Assembly (NCBI GenBank): GCA_027295805.1
Contig: JAPUKF010000333.1
Coordinates: 1 to 43,336 of the forward strand
DNA length: 43,336 bases
Source: Acidobacteriota bacterium
Lineage (GTDB): Bacteria > Acidobacteriota > Polarisedimenticolia > SMYD01
Reading direction: 5' to 3'
Part shown: one piece after another, positions 27,019-36,822 of the stretch
Layout: each line of letters begins with the position of its first letter
Numbering within the stretch: the stretch's first letter is position 1
Made by a program: the position numbers and the translations under genes
The notes under the pieces: generated by a model
Seen by the model: the letters and a program-made list of their open reading frames with translations, nothing else
Database searches by the model: none
Told to the model about the DNA's origin: nothing

Positions 27019-28260
27019 TCAGGTGGCCGGTTTCTCATCCTGGGGTGAAGATGGCGCGGGCTCCAGGGAGGCATCCATCCCGTGGGCGCGCAAGGCCGCG
27101 CAGATCTCCTCGCCATGGGCCGCCTGCCTGGTCTCCAGGAGCAACTGGACCTGCACGTCACCCAGGGGAACCCGCCAGCTGGATCGGTCGTGGCGAATAT
27201 CCAGGATATTGGCCGGCTGGGTTGCAACAATGTTCAGGATATCCCGGAGATGCCCCGGTCGGTCTGGAATGTTCACCACCACCAGCACGTAACGCCCGGC
27301 ACTGATCAGGCCGCGTTCGATGACACGAGCGATGAGGTTGGTATCGGCGTTACCGCCGGAAAGCACAACCACCGTACGCCCCAGGCCTGTGGGGAGGCGC
27401 CCCGCCAGCAGGGCCGCCATGCCGGCGGCGCCGGCACCCTCCACCACCAGCTTGGTCGTTTCCATGAGGTAGACCATGCCCTGGCTGATCTCCTCATCGC
27501 TGACGGTGACGATCCCTTCCACATAACGGCGCATGACGGCGAACGTGGAGTCGGCCACGGCACGGACACGGATCCCGTCGGCCATGGTGGTGGCCTTTTC
27601 CAGGGTGACGGGCCGACCGGCCTTGAGAGAGCGGGCCGCCGGGGCGGCGCCCTGAGCCTGCACGCCGAAGACGCGCACCTGGGAGCGCTGCTGGCGCACG
27701 GCGACGCTGATCCCGGCGATCAAACCACCCCCACCCACAGGCACGACGATGCTGTCCACCGCCGGCAACGCCTCCAGGATCTCCAATCCCGCCGTGCCCT
27801 GTCCTGCCTGAATGCGGGGGTCGTCAAAGGGGTGGATGAAAGTCAGACTCTTCTCCCGGGCGATCTGGTGCGCCCGCTCCATGGCCTCTTCAATTCCCCC
27901 TGCCACCAGAACGATCTCGGCGCCGGTTCGGCGCGTTCGCTCCACCTTGATGATGGGAGCGTCATGGGGCATGACGATGGTGGCATGAACATCCTGGAGC
28001 GACGCAGCCTGGGCAACACCCTGGGCATGGTTCCCGGCCGATGCGGCGACAACGCCGCGCTGGCGCTCCTGGTCACTGAGCAGGGCGATGCAATGAGTGG
28101 CGCCGCGTATCTTGAAGCTCCCCGTGTGCTGCAGGTTCTCGGCTTTGAGCCAGATGCCCTCGGTGCCTGGAAGTCTCTCCGTCAGCGGGAAGAGCGGAGT
28201 ATTGAGAACTCGTCCCTGCTGGTGTTCCCGGGCGCCCTGAATGTCGGCCAGTGTGATCAC
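27019..28260 (-). CDS. Threonine ammonia-lyase (threonine/serine dehydratase) with a C-terminal ACT-like domain
   Basis: Has [16 protein letters not shown] with the PLP lysine, [11 protein letters not shown] and GGGGLIAG. Its GTG start overlaps the hutU stop as GTGA. Confidence 0.85.
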   Translation of the reverse strand: MITLADIQGAREHQQGRVLNTPLFPLTERLPGTEGIWLKAENLQHTGSFKIRGATHCIALLSDQERQRGVVAASAGNHAQGVAQAASLQDVHATIVMPHDAPIIKVERTRRTGAEIVLVAGGIEEAMERAHQIAREKSLTFIHPFDDPRIQAGQGTAGLEILEALPAVDSIVVPVGGGGLIAGISVAVRQQRSQVRVFGVQAQGAAPAARSLKAGRPVTLEKATTMADGIRVRAVADSTFAVMRRYVEGIVTVSDEEISQGMVYLMETTKLVVEGAGAAGMAALLAGRLPTGLGRTVVVLSGGNADTNLIARVIERGLISAGRYVLVVVNIPDRPGHLRDILNIVATQPANILDIRHDRSSWRVPLGDVQVQLLLETRQAAHGEEICAALRAHGMDASLEPAPSSPQDEKPAT

Positions 28261-29957
28261 GCCAGATCCCGCGTGGGGATGGCCAGTCCATGTTGCCGGG
28301 CGGCCGCCAGCGCGTCCTCATAGCCGGCATCGGCATGGCGCAGGATCCCGGTCGCCGGGTCGGTGGTCAGGACCCGCTGCAGGCGCCGCGCCGCTGCCGC
28401 TGTGCCGTCGGCGACCACCACCATGCCGGCATGCAAGGACATACCCATGCCCACGCCGCCGCCATGATGCACCGAGACCCATGTGGCGCCGGCGGCGGTG
28501 TTCACCAGGGCGTTCAGAATGGGCCAGTCAGCGATGGCATCGGAGCCGTCCTTCATGGCCTCGGTCTCTCGATTGGGTGAGGCGACGCTGCCCGCATCCA
28601 GGTGATCCCGCCCGATGACCACAGGGGCGCTGATGGTGCCGTCGGCGACCATGTCGTTGATGCGCAGACCGAAGCGGGCGCGTTCGCCCTGACCCAGCCA
28701 GCAGATCCGGCAGGGGAGCCCCTGGAAGGCCACCTGTTCCGAGGCCATGCGAATCCAGCGGCCCAGGGCTTCGTCCCGGGGAAACTCCTCCAGGATGGCG
28801 CGATCGGTGGCGGCGATATCAGCCGGGTCGCCTGAGAGGGCGGCCCAGCGGAATGGGCCCTTCCCCTGGCAGAACAGGGGCCGGATGTATTCAGGAACGA
28901 ATCCCGGGATGCGGAAGGCGTCACGCTGTCCACCTTCCACGGCACCGGCCCGGAGGTTGTTGCCGTAGTCGAAGGTAATGGCCCCGCGATCCAGAAGATC
29001 CAGCATGGCCGTCACCTGTTCAGCCATGGTCCGGACCGCAGCTTTCGTGTAAGCCGCTGGATCTTCCCGGCGCAGGGTGAGGGCCTCCTGGTAGGACATA
29101 CCGTTGGGGACATAGCCGTTGAGTGGGTCATGAGCCGATGTCTGATCCGTGAGCACGTCTGGAATAATGTTGCGGCGGATCAGTTCAGTGACGACGTCGG
29201 CGGCGTTGCCACAGACGGCCACCGACAGGGGCCGGCCGGCCTCCCGTGCTTCCATGCAGAGGGAGAGGGCTTCATCCAGATCGGCGGCCTGCCGATCCAG
29301 GTAGCGGCTTTCCAGGCGGCGGCTGATGCGCTGGGGGTCGACCTCCGCCACCAAGCAGACGCCACCGTTCATGGTCACGGCCAGAGGCTGTGCGCCGCCC
29401 ATACCGCCCAGGCCCGCGGTGACTGTCAGGCGTCCCTTGAGACTGCCGTCAAAATGGGCACGGGCCAGGGAAGCGAGTGTTTCGTAGGTCCCCTGCAGAA
29501 TTCCCTGGGTGCCGATGTAGATCCAGGAGCCCGCTGTCATCTGGCCGAACATGGTCAGGCCGGCCCGCTCCAACTCGTTGAAGATGTCCCAGGTGGCCCA
29601 TGCCGGCACCAGCAGGGAGTTGACCAGGAGAACCCGGGGCGCGTCCTGGTGTGTCGCCAGGATGCCCACCGGCTTGCCGGACTGGACCAGCAGGGTCTGG
29701 TCGTTCTCCAGGCGACGCAGGCTGGCCACGATGGCGTCGAAACAGGCCCAGTTGCGCGCCGCTCGACCGGTTCCGCCGTAGACGATCAACCGGTCGGGAT
29801 CTTCGGCCACGTCGGGATCCAGGTTGTTCATGAGCATGCGCAGGGCGGCCTCCTGGGCCCAGCCCTTGCATGAGATCTTGTTTCCCCGGGGAGCGCGGAC
29901 GGTGCGCGCGCCGGCAGGGCGACTGTCTGCGGGTGGGTTACTCCTTGCTCCTGCCAT
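28257..29957 (-). CDS. hutU: Urocanate hydratase
   Basis: Has [39 protein letters not shown] and NAG. The ATG at 29957 has AAGGAG 7 nt upstream, giving 566 aa. The ORF-track N-terminal 103 aa are Arg/Pro/Gly junk. Confidence 0.93.
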   Translation of the reverse strand: MAGARSNPPADSRPAGARTVRAPRGNKISCKGWAQEAALRMLMNNLDPDVAEDPDRLIVYGGTGRAARNWACFDAIVASLRRLENDQTLLVQSGKPVGILATHQDAPRVLLVNSLLVPAWATWDIFNELERAGLTMFGQMTAGSWIYIGTQGILQGTYETLASLARAHFDGSLKGRLTVTAGLGGMGGAQPLAVTMNGGVCLVAEVDPQRISRRLESRYLDRQAADLDEALSLCMEAREAGRPLSVAVCGNAADVVTELIRRNIIPDVLTDQTSAHDPLNGYVPNGMSYQEALTLRREDPAAYTKAAVRTMAEQVTAMLDLLDRGAITFDYGNNLRAGAVEGGQRDAFRIPGFVPEYIRPLFCQGKGPFRWAALSGDPADIAATDRAILEEFPRDEALGRWIRMASEQVAFQGLPCRICWLGQGERARFGLRINDMVADGTISAPVVIGRDHLDAGSVASPNRETEAMKDGSDAIADWPILNALVNTAAGATWVSVHHGGGVGMGMSLHAGMVVVADGTAAAARRLQRVLTTDPATGILRHADAGYEDALAAARQHGLAIPTRDLA

Positions 29958-29992
29958 GGTCGGTCTCCTTGCCGCCGGGCTCGAGTTTCCCC

Positions 29993-31537
29993 TCAGGAAA
30001 GCTCGCCGCTGGCAGCCCCGGCCGCAGCCACCAGTGTCCCTTCGCCCAGCAGGTCCCGGGTTTGTTCGATAAGGGGTGTGAGGGTGCGGTCTTCGGCCAG
30101 GGCCGGCACGTGCAGCCGCAGGGCGGCCAGGGCGGCGGCCACGCCCTTTCCGGGTTTCAATGGCGCCAAAAACTCCAGGGCCTGGCCCGCTGCCAGCGTC
30201 TCGATGGCCAGGACGGTGTGGCAGTTGGCCACCACCTGGGCCGCCTTGCGCGCCGCCCAGGTACACATGGAGACATGGTCTTCCATGTCACCAGAGGTGG
30301 GAATGGAGTCGACGCTGGCCGGGTGAGCCAGTGTTTTGTTTTCCGAGACCAGAGAGGCGGCCGTGACCTGGGCGAGCATGAGGCCGGAATGCAGACCCGG
30401 ATCGGGGGTGAGAAAGGCCGGTAACCCGGACAGGGCCGGATTGACCAACCGCTCCATCCGGCGCTCCGAAATGGAGGCCAGGTCGGCCATCACAATGGCC
30501 ATCAGGTCCATGGCATAGCCCACGGGCGCGCCGTGAAAGTTGCCGCAGGAGATCATCTCGTCACGTTCCGCGAACACGAGTGGATTGTCGGTGCTGGCGT
30601 TGGCTTCCAATGTCAGCACATTCTCCACGTAGGACAATGCGTCTCGGACGGCGCCATGGACCTGGGGCATGCAGCGCAGGGCGTACGAATCCTGCACCCG
30701 ATCACAATCTTCATGGGAGGCCGCGATCTCCGACTGGGCGAGAAGGCGGCGCAGATTCCCGGCGCTGAGTCCTGGACCGTTATGGCGGCGGGCCTCCTGA
30801 ACGGCTGCGTCAAAGGGACGGGCGGACCCTTTGAGGGCTTCCAGAGACATGGCTCCTGCCAGGTCGGCCATGGTCACGAGCCGGCGCGCCTCCAGAAGGG
30901 CGAGGGCGCCGATGGCCGTGCTGACCTGAGTGCCATTGATCAGCGCGAGTCCTTCCTTGGCTGCCAGGCGCACAGGCGCAAGCCCCGCCTGGGAAAAGGC
31001 GAGAGCGGCGGGGAGTTCCTGGCCGCCCATCTCAACCTGTCCTTCCCCCATGAGGGCCAGGGCGAGGCATGCCAGAGGCGCCAGATCCCCCGAAGCGCCC
31101 ACCGAGCCCTGCGCGAGGATGCGCGGGTGAATGCCGTGATTGAGCATGGCCAGCAGAGTGTCCACGGTTTCAGGGCGGATGCCTGAATGTCCTCTGGCCA
31201 GAGCGTTGGCTCGCAGAAGCATGGTGGCACGCACCTGTGCCCGCGCGAGCGGCTGGCCGACGCCGGCGCAGTGGCTGCGCACAAGGTTGCATTGCAGATC
31301 TTCCAGGCGGTCGACAGGCACCCGCACGCTGGCCAGGTGGCCAAAACCGGTGTTCACTCCGTAGACGGGAACGTTGCCGCTCGCCCGGCGGTCGACCACC
31401 TGACGGGCCGCGGACATACGCCGACGGGCCGCCGGTGCCAGCCGGGCGTTGCCGTGGCCGCTGGCCAGGGTGGCAAGCTGGTTCAGGCTCAGGGAATGGC
31501 CGTCCAGGAGGACGACGGAAGGATCTGGCTGGGGCAT
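29993..31537 (-). CDS. hutH: Histidine ammonia-lyase
   Basis: Has YGVNTGFG, the MIO-forming [12 protein letters not shown] motif, and QDSYALRC. The start is taken at the ATG at 31537, giving 514 aa. Confidence 0.93.
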   Translation of the reverse strand: MPQPDPSVVLLDGHSLSLNQLATLASGHGNARLAPAARRRMSAARQVVDRRASGNVPVYGVNTGFGHLASVRVPVDRLEDLQCNLVRSHCAGVGQPLARAQVRATMLLRANALARGHSGIRPETVDTLLAMLNHGIHPRILAQGSVGASGDLAPLACLALALMGEGQVEMGGQELPAALAFSQAGLAPVRLAAKEGLALINGTQVSTAIGALALLEARRLVTMADLAGAMSLEALKGSARPFDAAVQEARRHNGPGLSAGNLRRLLAQSEIAASHEDCDRVQDSYALRCMPQVHGAVRDALSYVENVLTLEANASTDNPLVFAERDEMISCGNFHGAPVGYAMDLMAIVMADLASISERRMERLVNPALSGLPAFLTPDPGLHSGLMLAQVTAASLVSENKTLAHPASVDSIPTSGDMEDHVSMCTWAARKAAQVVANCHTVLAIETLAAGQALEFLAPLKPGKGVAAALAALRLHVPALAEDRTLTPLIEQTRDLLGEGTLVAAAGAASGELS

Positions 31538-31627
31538 GGAGACTCTCTGCCGCCCGCAAACGGGCCGAGGGAGTCTACCACGGCATTCCCCGGGAAGGCA
31601 GGGATGGCCTGCCCGCCCCGGCGGCTC

Positions 31628-31633
31628 TATAAT
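31628..31633 (+). promoter_or_regulatory. Consensus -10 hexamer upstream of the Zn-ribbon/receiver gene
   Basis: TATAAT lies at 31628-33, followed by GGAGAGGA (31641-48) and the ATG at 31656. The -35 (TGGCCT) is weak. Confidence 0.4.
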
Positions 31634-31655
31634 TCTCTCTGGAGAGGACCGTGCC

Positions 31656-32237
31656 ATGCTTGTGCGTTGTCCACAGTGTCGATCGGAAATCCACCTCGCC
31701 GATTTCGATCCCCACCAGCGGGTTGTCACCTATCTCTGCAGTCGCTGTGCCGAGATCGTTCACATCGACCTGATCCTGGATGAGATCAATAGCGCGACCG
31801 CCGCGACATCATTCCAGCGGGTTCGCCAGGGGCGCACAATCCTTGTAGCTGACGATTCATCCGCCCTGTGCAGCGTCGCGGCCGAGATCCTCCGCCAGGA
31901 AGGACACCAGGTTCTGCTGGCCGCCAACGGTGACGAAGCAATGGAGCAGCTCGAGCGGCATCATCCTGACCTGCTCATCACCGGTCTCATGCTGCGAGGT
32001 ATGGGCGCTGTTGAACTGCTGCGTCGCCTCCGGGGTCACAAGAGGCTGGGCGGCACCCGCGTTCTGATCATGAGCCAGATTGCCAAGTCGGAGGTTATTC
32101 ATAATCTGGCGGCTCTCGGCGCCGATGGATTCCTGGACCAGGAACGCCTGGTGGAGACGCTGGTCTTTCGTGTGGGGCAGGTTCTGGATGACACGGCCGG
32201 CCCCCAGACCCGGCCCCGGGTAGGCGATACGGCCTGA
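31656..32237 (+). CDS. Zinc-ribbon plus receiver-like (pseudo-REC) single-domain regulator
   Basis: The N-terminus has CPQC..(17)..CSRC. The REC-like domain (ILVADDSS ... DLLITGLML ... VLIMSQ ... GFLDQ) has Gly at the phospho-acceptor position (codon 31983-85) and no conserved Lys. Confidence 0.75.
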   Translation: MLVRCPQCRSEIHLADFDPHQRVVTYLCSRCAEIVHIDLILDEINSATAATSFQRVRQGRTILVADDSSALCSVAAEILRQEGHQVLLAANGDEAMEQLERHHPDLLITGLMLRGMGAVELLRRLRGHKRLGGTRVLIMSQIAKSEVIHNLAALGADGFLDQERLVETLVFRVGQVLDDTAGPQTRPRVGDTA

Positions 32238-32338
32238 GTCCCCCCAGCTTCCGTGACCCTCTTGGCGCCATTTCCAATGTGGTAGAGTGCGGCGCGCGGA
32301 GAGCGCAAGCCCGCTCCAAATCCGGAATCGAGAAGCTC

Positions 32339-33631
32339 ATGGCTCATGCCATTGTCATCGGCGCCCAGTGGGGCGACGAAGGAAAAGGCAAGATCGTTGA
32401 CCTGCTTTGCCCGCGGGTCGACGTCGTGGTGCGTTTTCAGGGCGGTCCCAATGCCGGACATACAATCTCGGTAGCCGGTCGGAAAACCTTCCTGCATCAC
32501 ATCCCGTCCGGAATCCTGCATGCCGGGAAGATCTGCCTCCTGGGCAACGGCATGGTGATCGATCCCCAGGGATTCCTGGAGGAACTGAACTCATTGCGCG
32601 CGGCCGGCATCGATCCCGATGGCCGTCTTTTTCTCTCGGATCGGGCCCAGATCATTTTTCCGCACCATCGGGATCGGGATGGCGTCAGCGAAGATGACAG
32701 CGCGCAAAAGATCGGCACGACCCGGCGTGGCGTGGGCCCGACTTACCAGGCCAAGGTCATCCGTGTGGGCCTGCGGGGTGCCGACCTGGACGATGCCGGC
32801 GAGTTGCGCCGCCGACTGGCCGCGGCTCGCCGCCTGGACCCGGCGTGGCCGGCCGGGGAGGAGGATGGCGGTCTGGATGCCATCGTGGCCCTGGCCCATG
32901 AATACCACGGGCAACTGGCTCCCTACCTGGATGACACCACAAGCCGTCTGCACGACCTTCTGGACAGCGGCTGCCGGGTTCTGTTCGAGGGCTCCCAGGG
33001 AACCATGCTGGACGTGGACCATGGCACCTATCCCTACGTGACCTCATCCAACACGGTGGCAGGCGCGGCCTGCGCCGGCGCCGGCGTGGGCCCAGGCGTT
33101 CTGGAGGGCGCCGTGGGCGTCTTCAAGGCCTATGCCACCCGGGTTGGCGAAGGGCCCATGCCCAGTGAAGAGCATGGAGAGAGGGGCGATCTCATCCGGG
33201 AGCGGGGCCATGAATTCGGGACCACCACCGGCCGCCCGCGGCGTTGCGGCTGGTTTGATGCGGTGGCGGGTCGGCACGCGGTGCGTGTCAATGGCCTGAA
33301 ACTGGGCGCCCTGACCCTGCTTGATGTCCTCGATGTTCTGGATGAGATTCCCATCGCCGTGGCCTACGACATGCCCGCTGGGCGCAGCGATCGGGTGCCT
33401 GCCTCGGTGACGCAACTGGCCGCCGCCCGCCCGGTCTACGAAACGGTTCGCGGCTGGCAGCAGGACACCAGCCGGTGCCGCGCCTGGCCGGATCTTCCCC
33501 AGAGGGCCCGCGACTTTGTGGAGAAGCTGGAACAGCTCCTGGGCATCCGCTTCGTCGTGGTGTCGGTGGGACCGGATCGAGAGCAGACCATCATCCGCGA
33601 CGCTGCAGCCCTGGATGCCCTCTTCGCTTGA
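32339..33631 (+). CDS. purA: Adenylosuccinate synthase
   Basis: Has IGAQWGDEGKGKIVD, GGPNAGHT, GTT.RG.GP.Y and TTGR.RRCGW. The start is taken at the ATG at 32339. Confidence 0.95.
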   Translation: MAHAIVIGAQWGDEGKGKIVDLLCPRVDVVVRFQGGPNAGHTISVAGRKTFLHHIPSGILHAGKICLLGNGMVIDPQGFLEELNSLRAAGIDPDGRLFLSDRAQIIFPHHRDRDGVSEDDSAQKIGTTRRGVGPTYQAKVIRVGLRGADLDDAGELRRRLAAARRLDPAWPAGEEDGGLDAIVALAHEYHGQLAPYLDDTTSRLHDLLDSGCRVLFEGSQGTMLDVDHGTYPYVTSSNTVAGAACAGAGVGPGVLEGAVGVFKAYATRVGEGPMPSEEHGERGDLIRERGHEFGTTTGRPRRCGWFDAVAGRHAVRVNGLKLGALTLLDVLDVLDEIPIAVAYDMPAGRSDRVPASVTQLAAARPVYETVRGWQQDTSRCRAWPDLPQRARDFVEKLEQLLGIRFVVVSVGPDREQTIIRDAAALDALFA

Positions 33632-36600
33632 AACGGGCCGCGGCCGTCCCCGGCACCTGGTCCAGAAATCGTATCTCTTCCACCGTGAGGGTCACCGCGC
33701 CGAACTCCGCCTGCACCCGACCGCGGAGCAGGTAAGGGCGGGTGTGGGTCAGCATGGTACAGAACCTGCGGTAAACATCAGGAAAGAATGTCGTCTCATA
33801 CAGGGCGCTGGTGTCCTCGAAGGAGATGAATTCCATCTGCTCATGGTTGCGGGTGTTGACCACTTTGCCGGTCACATACCAGCCCACCGTGTGCACCGTT
33901 CGGCCCACATGGCGAGATAGATCACAGGCGCGGACGGTGGGCACCTGCGCAATTTGACGGCCGTAGAGAGTGAGAGGGTGACGGGAAGCGAGAAAGCCCA
34001 GGGTGTCCACCTCGTGCCGCAGGATCGTTGCCTGATCCAGCTGGGGTGCGTCGGGCACCGGCGCCAGGGGCGTGTCGAAGATCGGCAGGAGGGGGAGGCC
34101 TGACCCGCATCGGTGCAGGTCGGGCGTCATGCCGCCGCGCCCCCGGCGCCCCTGTTCCCATTCCAGGGCCTGCCAGGCCAGTTGCGGGCGGGTGCGACCG
34201 CAAGCGATGCTGTCGCAGGCGCCTGCGCGGATCAGCAGACGGATATCAGCCGGGTCCGGATCCAGGCGGCGGAGCAGATCTTCGCAGGAACGGTACGCAC
34301 CGTGGCGGCGCTCATGCACCAGCGCCTCCCGGGTCGCCTCGGTGAGGCCGCGGATCTGCATGAGCCCGATGCGCAGGCGCCGGTGGTGGCCACGGTAGGG
34401 AATATGGCTGCGATTGACGTCGGGAAGCAGAACCTGGAGCCCCATGCGTCGGCACTCGGAGATATAGGCGAAGGTGGAGTAGTAACCACCCCGGTTGGTG
34501 AGGACACCGGCCATGAACTCAGCCGGGTAATGAGCCTTCAGGTAGGCCGACTTGAACGAGACCAGGGCGTAGGACGCCGAGTGGGGTTTGCAGAAGGAGT
34601 AGCCGGCAAACGAAAGGATCATCTGCCAGACCGCGTCCACGACCTCAGGCCGGTAGCCGCGCTCCAGAGCACCCGCGTGGAAACGGTGTCTCTGGTCACG
34701 AAGGCGCCGGCTCCTGTCCTTGCGCGCCAGGGTTTTGCGCAGACCGTCGGCGCTGGCGGCGTCCAGACCTGCCATGGCCATGGCCACGCGGGCCACGTCC
34801 TCCTGGTAGACCATGATGCCGTAGGTCCGGGGCATGAGTCGGTCCATGAGAGGGTGGAGAGACTGGTAGCGGCCGCCGTGGAGGCGGCGGACATACTCGC
34901 GAATATATGCGTTGGCCGCCGGGCGAATGATGGATGAGTGGATCACCAGGTGCTCGAAATCACCATGGCCGGTCTTGCTTTGCAACTGGCGCATGGCCGG
35001 GGATTCGACGTAGAACACCCCCACGGTGTCGCCCCGGGCCAGAAGATCCTGGGTGCGTCGGTCTTCCAGGGGATTGAACTCGGGGTAGGGGATATCAATA
35101 CCCTGGTTCGTCTTGACGGCGGCCAGAGCGTCGCGGATGACCGCCAGGGATCTGTTACCCAGCAGATCGATCTTGACCAGGCCGGCGTCTTCGGCCGCAT
35201 CTTTGTCCCACTGGATGATGTTCACGCCCTTGGCGGAGGGTTGCATGGCCACGTGGTCGGCCACGTTGGACGGGACAATGATGACCCCGCCGGGATGCAC
35301 CGAGAGGTGCCGGGGAATCCCTTCCAGGCGGGCGGCCCAGTTGATGATTTCCGGCCAGGGTGATTGCAGGTCAAGATCCTGAAAGAGAGGGTGGCTGCGC
35401 ATGAGCTCGCGGATGCTGCCATGGTGCCAGGTGCGCGCCAGACGCCGGGTGAGGGTGGTGATCTCCGCTGCGGGCAGGCCGAAGACCTTGGCGGTTTCGC
35501 GCACCGCCGCCCGCCCGCGAAAGCAGATGCGGGTGCAGACCATGGCAGCCCGTTGGCGGCCGTAGCGGGCGAAGAGGGCATCCAGAACCTGGTCCCGCTC
35601 GTCCCAGGCGAAGTCCACATCGATGTCGGGGGGGTTCCTGCGCCCTGCGTTGAGGAAGCGCTCGAAAAAGAGGTCATGACGCACCGGATCCACATGCGTG
35701 ATGCCCAGCGCATAGGCAATGAGGCTGGCTGCCGCCGAGCCACGGCCGCAGGTGCGCGGCCAGCGGGAGACGATGTCATGCACCACCAGGAAGTAGCCGG
35801 CGAATCCCTTGGCGGCCACCAGGGCAAGCTCGTGCTCCAGCCGTCGGCGATGAGCATGAGTGATCCGGGTGTAGCGGCGAGCCATGCCTGTTTCACATTT
35901 GCGTCGTAACTCCGCCAGAGCCTGCTCATCACTGAGATGGCGGAAGCGGGGGAAAACCGCCTCACCCCAGGGGGGGCGGGACAGGGCGCAGTCACGGGCG
36001 AGGCGGGCGGTCTGCGCGACTGCTTCCGGGCAATCCACGAAAGCCTTCTGGATCTCCGTGGGGGACATGAGCCAGGACAGAGGCGGCGCCACCTGGGACG
36101 CAGGCAGGCGGGAGAGCCGGGTGTTGAGATCGATAGCGCGCAGCAGGCGGTGCAGGGGGTGATCCTGGGGATCCACGAAGAAGACGGGTGGTGCGGCCAC
36201 CGCTGGCAGACCCGAGCCGCGGGCGAAGGCCAGGAGTCTCTGGCGCGGACCGTGGCGGGGGAGGGCCACATACAGGCTCTGGCAGCCGCTTGCGCGAGCC
36301 AGGTGCGCCAGGAGGCCGGGATCCGAGGCAAGAACCACGAGACCGGCACGATCTTCCCGCAGGGCCCTGGCCAGGGAGAAGGATGGGTTGCCAAGGCGGG
36401 CTGTGAGGATGTGGTTGAGGCGCCGCCAGCCGTCCGGGTTGCGCACCAGGAGCGTGGCCGGAGGTTCGTTCGCCGGGCAGATCTCCGCCCCCAGGATCGG
36501 CCGCAGCCCCGCGGCCTGTGCTTCCTCCCAGAATGAAACGGCCCCGCCGACACTGTTGGTATCGGTGAGGGCAAGAGCTTCGCAGCCGCGGCTGGCGGCG

Positions 36601-36695
36601 GCGCGGCACAGGTCCGCTACTGTCGCGGTGCCGCGCAGGAGCGAGTGATGAGAATGCACCCGCAGCGGCACGTAGTTTCCGGCGGGAGAGTCCAT
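33591..36695 (-). CDS. dnaE2: Error-prone DNA polymerase III alpha-like subunit DnaE2 (ImuC)
   Basis: The 1034-aa ORF has an N-terminal PHP domain (PLRVHSHHSLLRGT, LALTDTNSVGG), a Pol III alpha core (GRGSAAASL.AY.LGIT.VDP, PDIDVDF) and a C-terminal OB region. Its size and its imuB neighbour fit DnaE2 rather than replicative DnaE. Its 3' end overlaps purA by 41 nt. Confidence 0.88.
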   Translation of the reverse strand: MDSPAGNYVPLRVHSHHSLLRGTATVADLCRAAASRGCEALALTDTNSVGGAVSFWEEAQAAGLRPILGAEICPANEPPATLLVRNPDGWRRLNHILTARLGNPSFSLARALREDRAGLVVLASDPGLLAHLARASGCQSLYVALPRHGPRQRLLAFARGSGLPAVAAPPVFFVDPQDHPLHRLLRAIDLNTRLSRLPASQVAPPLSWLMSPTEIQKAFVDCPEAVAQTARLARDCALSRPPWGEAVFPRFRHLSDEQALAELRRKCETGMARRYTRITHAHRRRLEHELALVAAKGFAGYFLVVHDIVSRWPRTCGRGSAAASLIAYALGITHVDPVRHDLFFERFLNAGRRNPPDIDVDFAWDERDQVLDALFARYGRQRAAMVCTRICFRGRAAVRETAKVFGLPAAEITTLTRRLARTWHHGSIRELMRSHPLFQDLDLQSPWPEIINWAARLEGIPRHLSVHPGGVIIVPSNVADHVAMQPSAKGVNIIQWDKDAAEDAGLVKIDLLGNRSLAVIRDALAAVKTNQGIDIPYPEFNPLEDRRTQDLLARGDTVGVFYVESPAMRQLQSKTGHGDFEHLVIHSSIIRPAANAYIREYVRRLHGGRYQSLHPLMDRLMPRTYGIMVYQEDVARVAMAMAGLDAASADGLRKTLARKDRSRRLRDQRHRFHAGALERGYRPEVVDAVWQMILSFAGYSFCKPHSASYALVSFKSAYLKAHYPAEFMAGVLTNRGGYYSTFAYISECRRMGLQVLLPDVNRSHIPYRGHHRRLRIGLMQIRGLTEATREALVHERRHGAYRSCEDLLRRLDPDPADIRLLIRAGACDSIACGRTRPQLAWQALEWEQGRRGRGGMTPDLHRCGSGLPLLPIFDTPLAPVPDAPQLDQATILRHEVDTLGFLASRHPLTLYGRQIAQVPTVRACDLSRHVGRTVHTVGWYVTGKVVNTRNHEQMEFISFEDTSALYETTFFPDVYRRFCTMLTHTRPYLLRGRVQAEFGAVTLTVEEIRFLDQVPGTAAARFKRRGHPGLQRRG

Positions 36696-36697
36696 GG

Positions 36698-36717
36698 CGA
36701 AAGTATAACGAAAGTAT
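36698..36717 (-). promoter_or_regulatory. AT-rich direct repeat with an embedded -10-like box abutting the dnaE2 start codon
   Basis: On the plus strand, CGAAAGTAT occurs at 36698-706 and 36709-717, an 11-bp period. On the coding strand this reads TACTTTCG-TTA-TACTTTCG-CC-ATG. TATACT (36707-36702) ends 6 nt before the ATG, and there is no SD. Confidence 0.4.
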
Positions 36718-36822
36718 GTGTGGGCGGAAAGCCCTCATGGTGTCGCCCGGGGTCTGGCCTGAAGCGTCGTCCATTGGTGAGCCCGCCTGCCCGTCGGGTA
36801 GGGTAAGCAGGGTCAGGCCCGG

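Noticed and set aside
27082-28323. A 413-aa plus-strand ORF exactly mirroring the threonine dehydratase gene. There are similar long antisense or alternate-frame ORFs at 12773-14161, 5626-7089, 17816-18724, 7321-8571, 35222-36574 and 35992-37122.
   Set aside because: Their translations are Arg/Gly/Pro/Ala-rich low-complexity sequence with no recognisable motifs. Each lies opposite or inside a gene with unmistakable family signatures. Long stop-free shadow frames are expected at this GC content.
29958-30266. N-terminal extensions in the ORF track for hutU (103 aa), hutH (64 aa), ctaB (82 aa), the DUF420 gene, purA and the receiver gene.
   Set aside because: The extensions are compositionally junk and overlap upstream genes. 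Internal ATG/GTG codons with good SDs or ATGA/GTGA couplings give proteins of canonical length.
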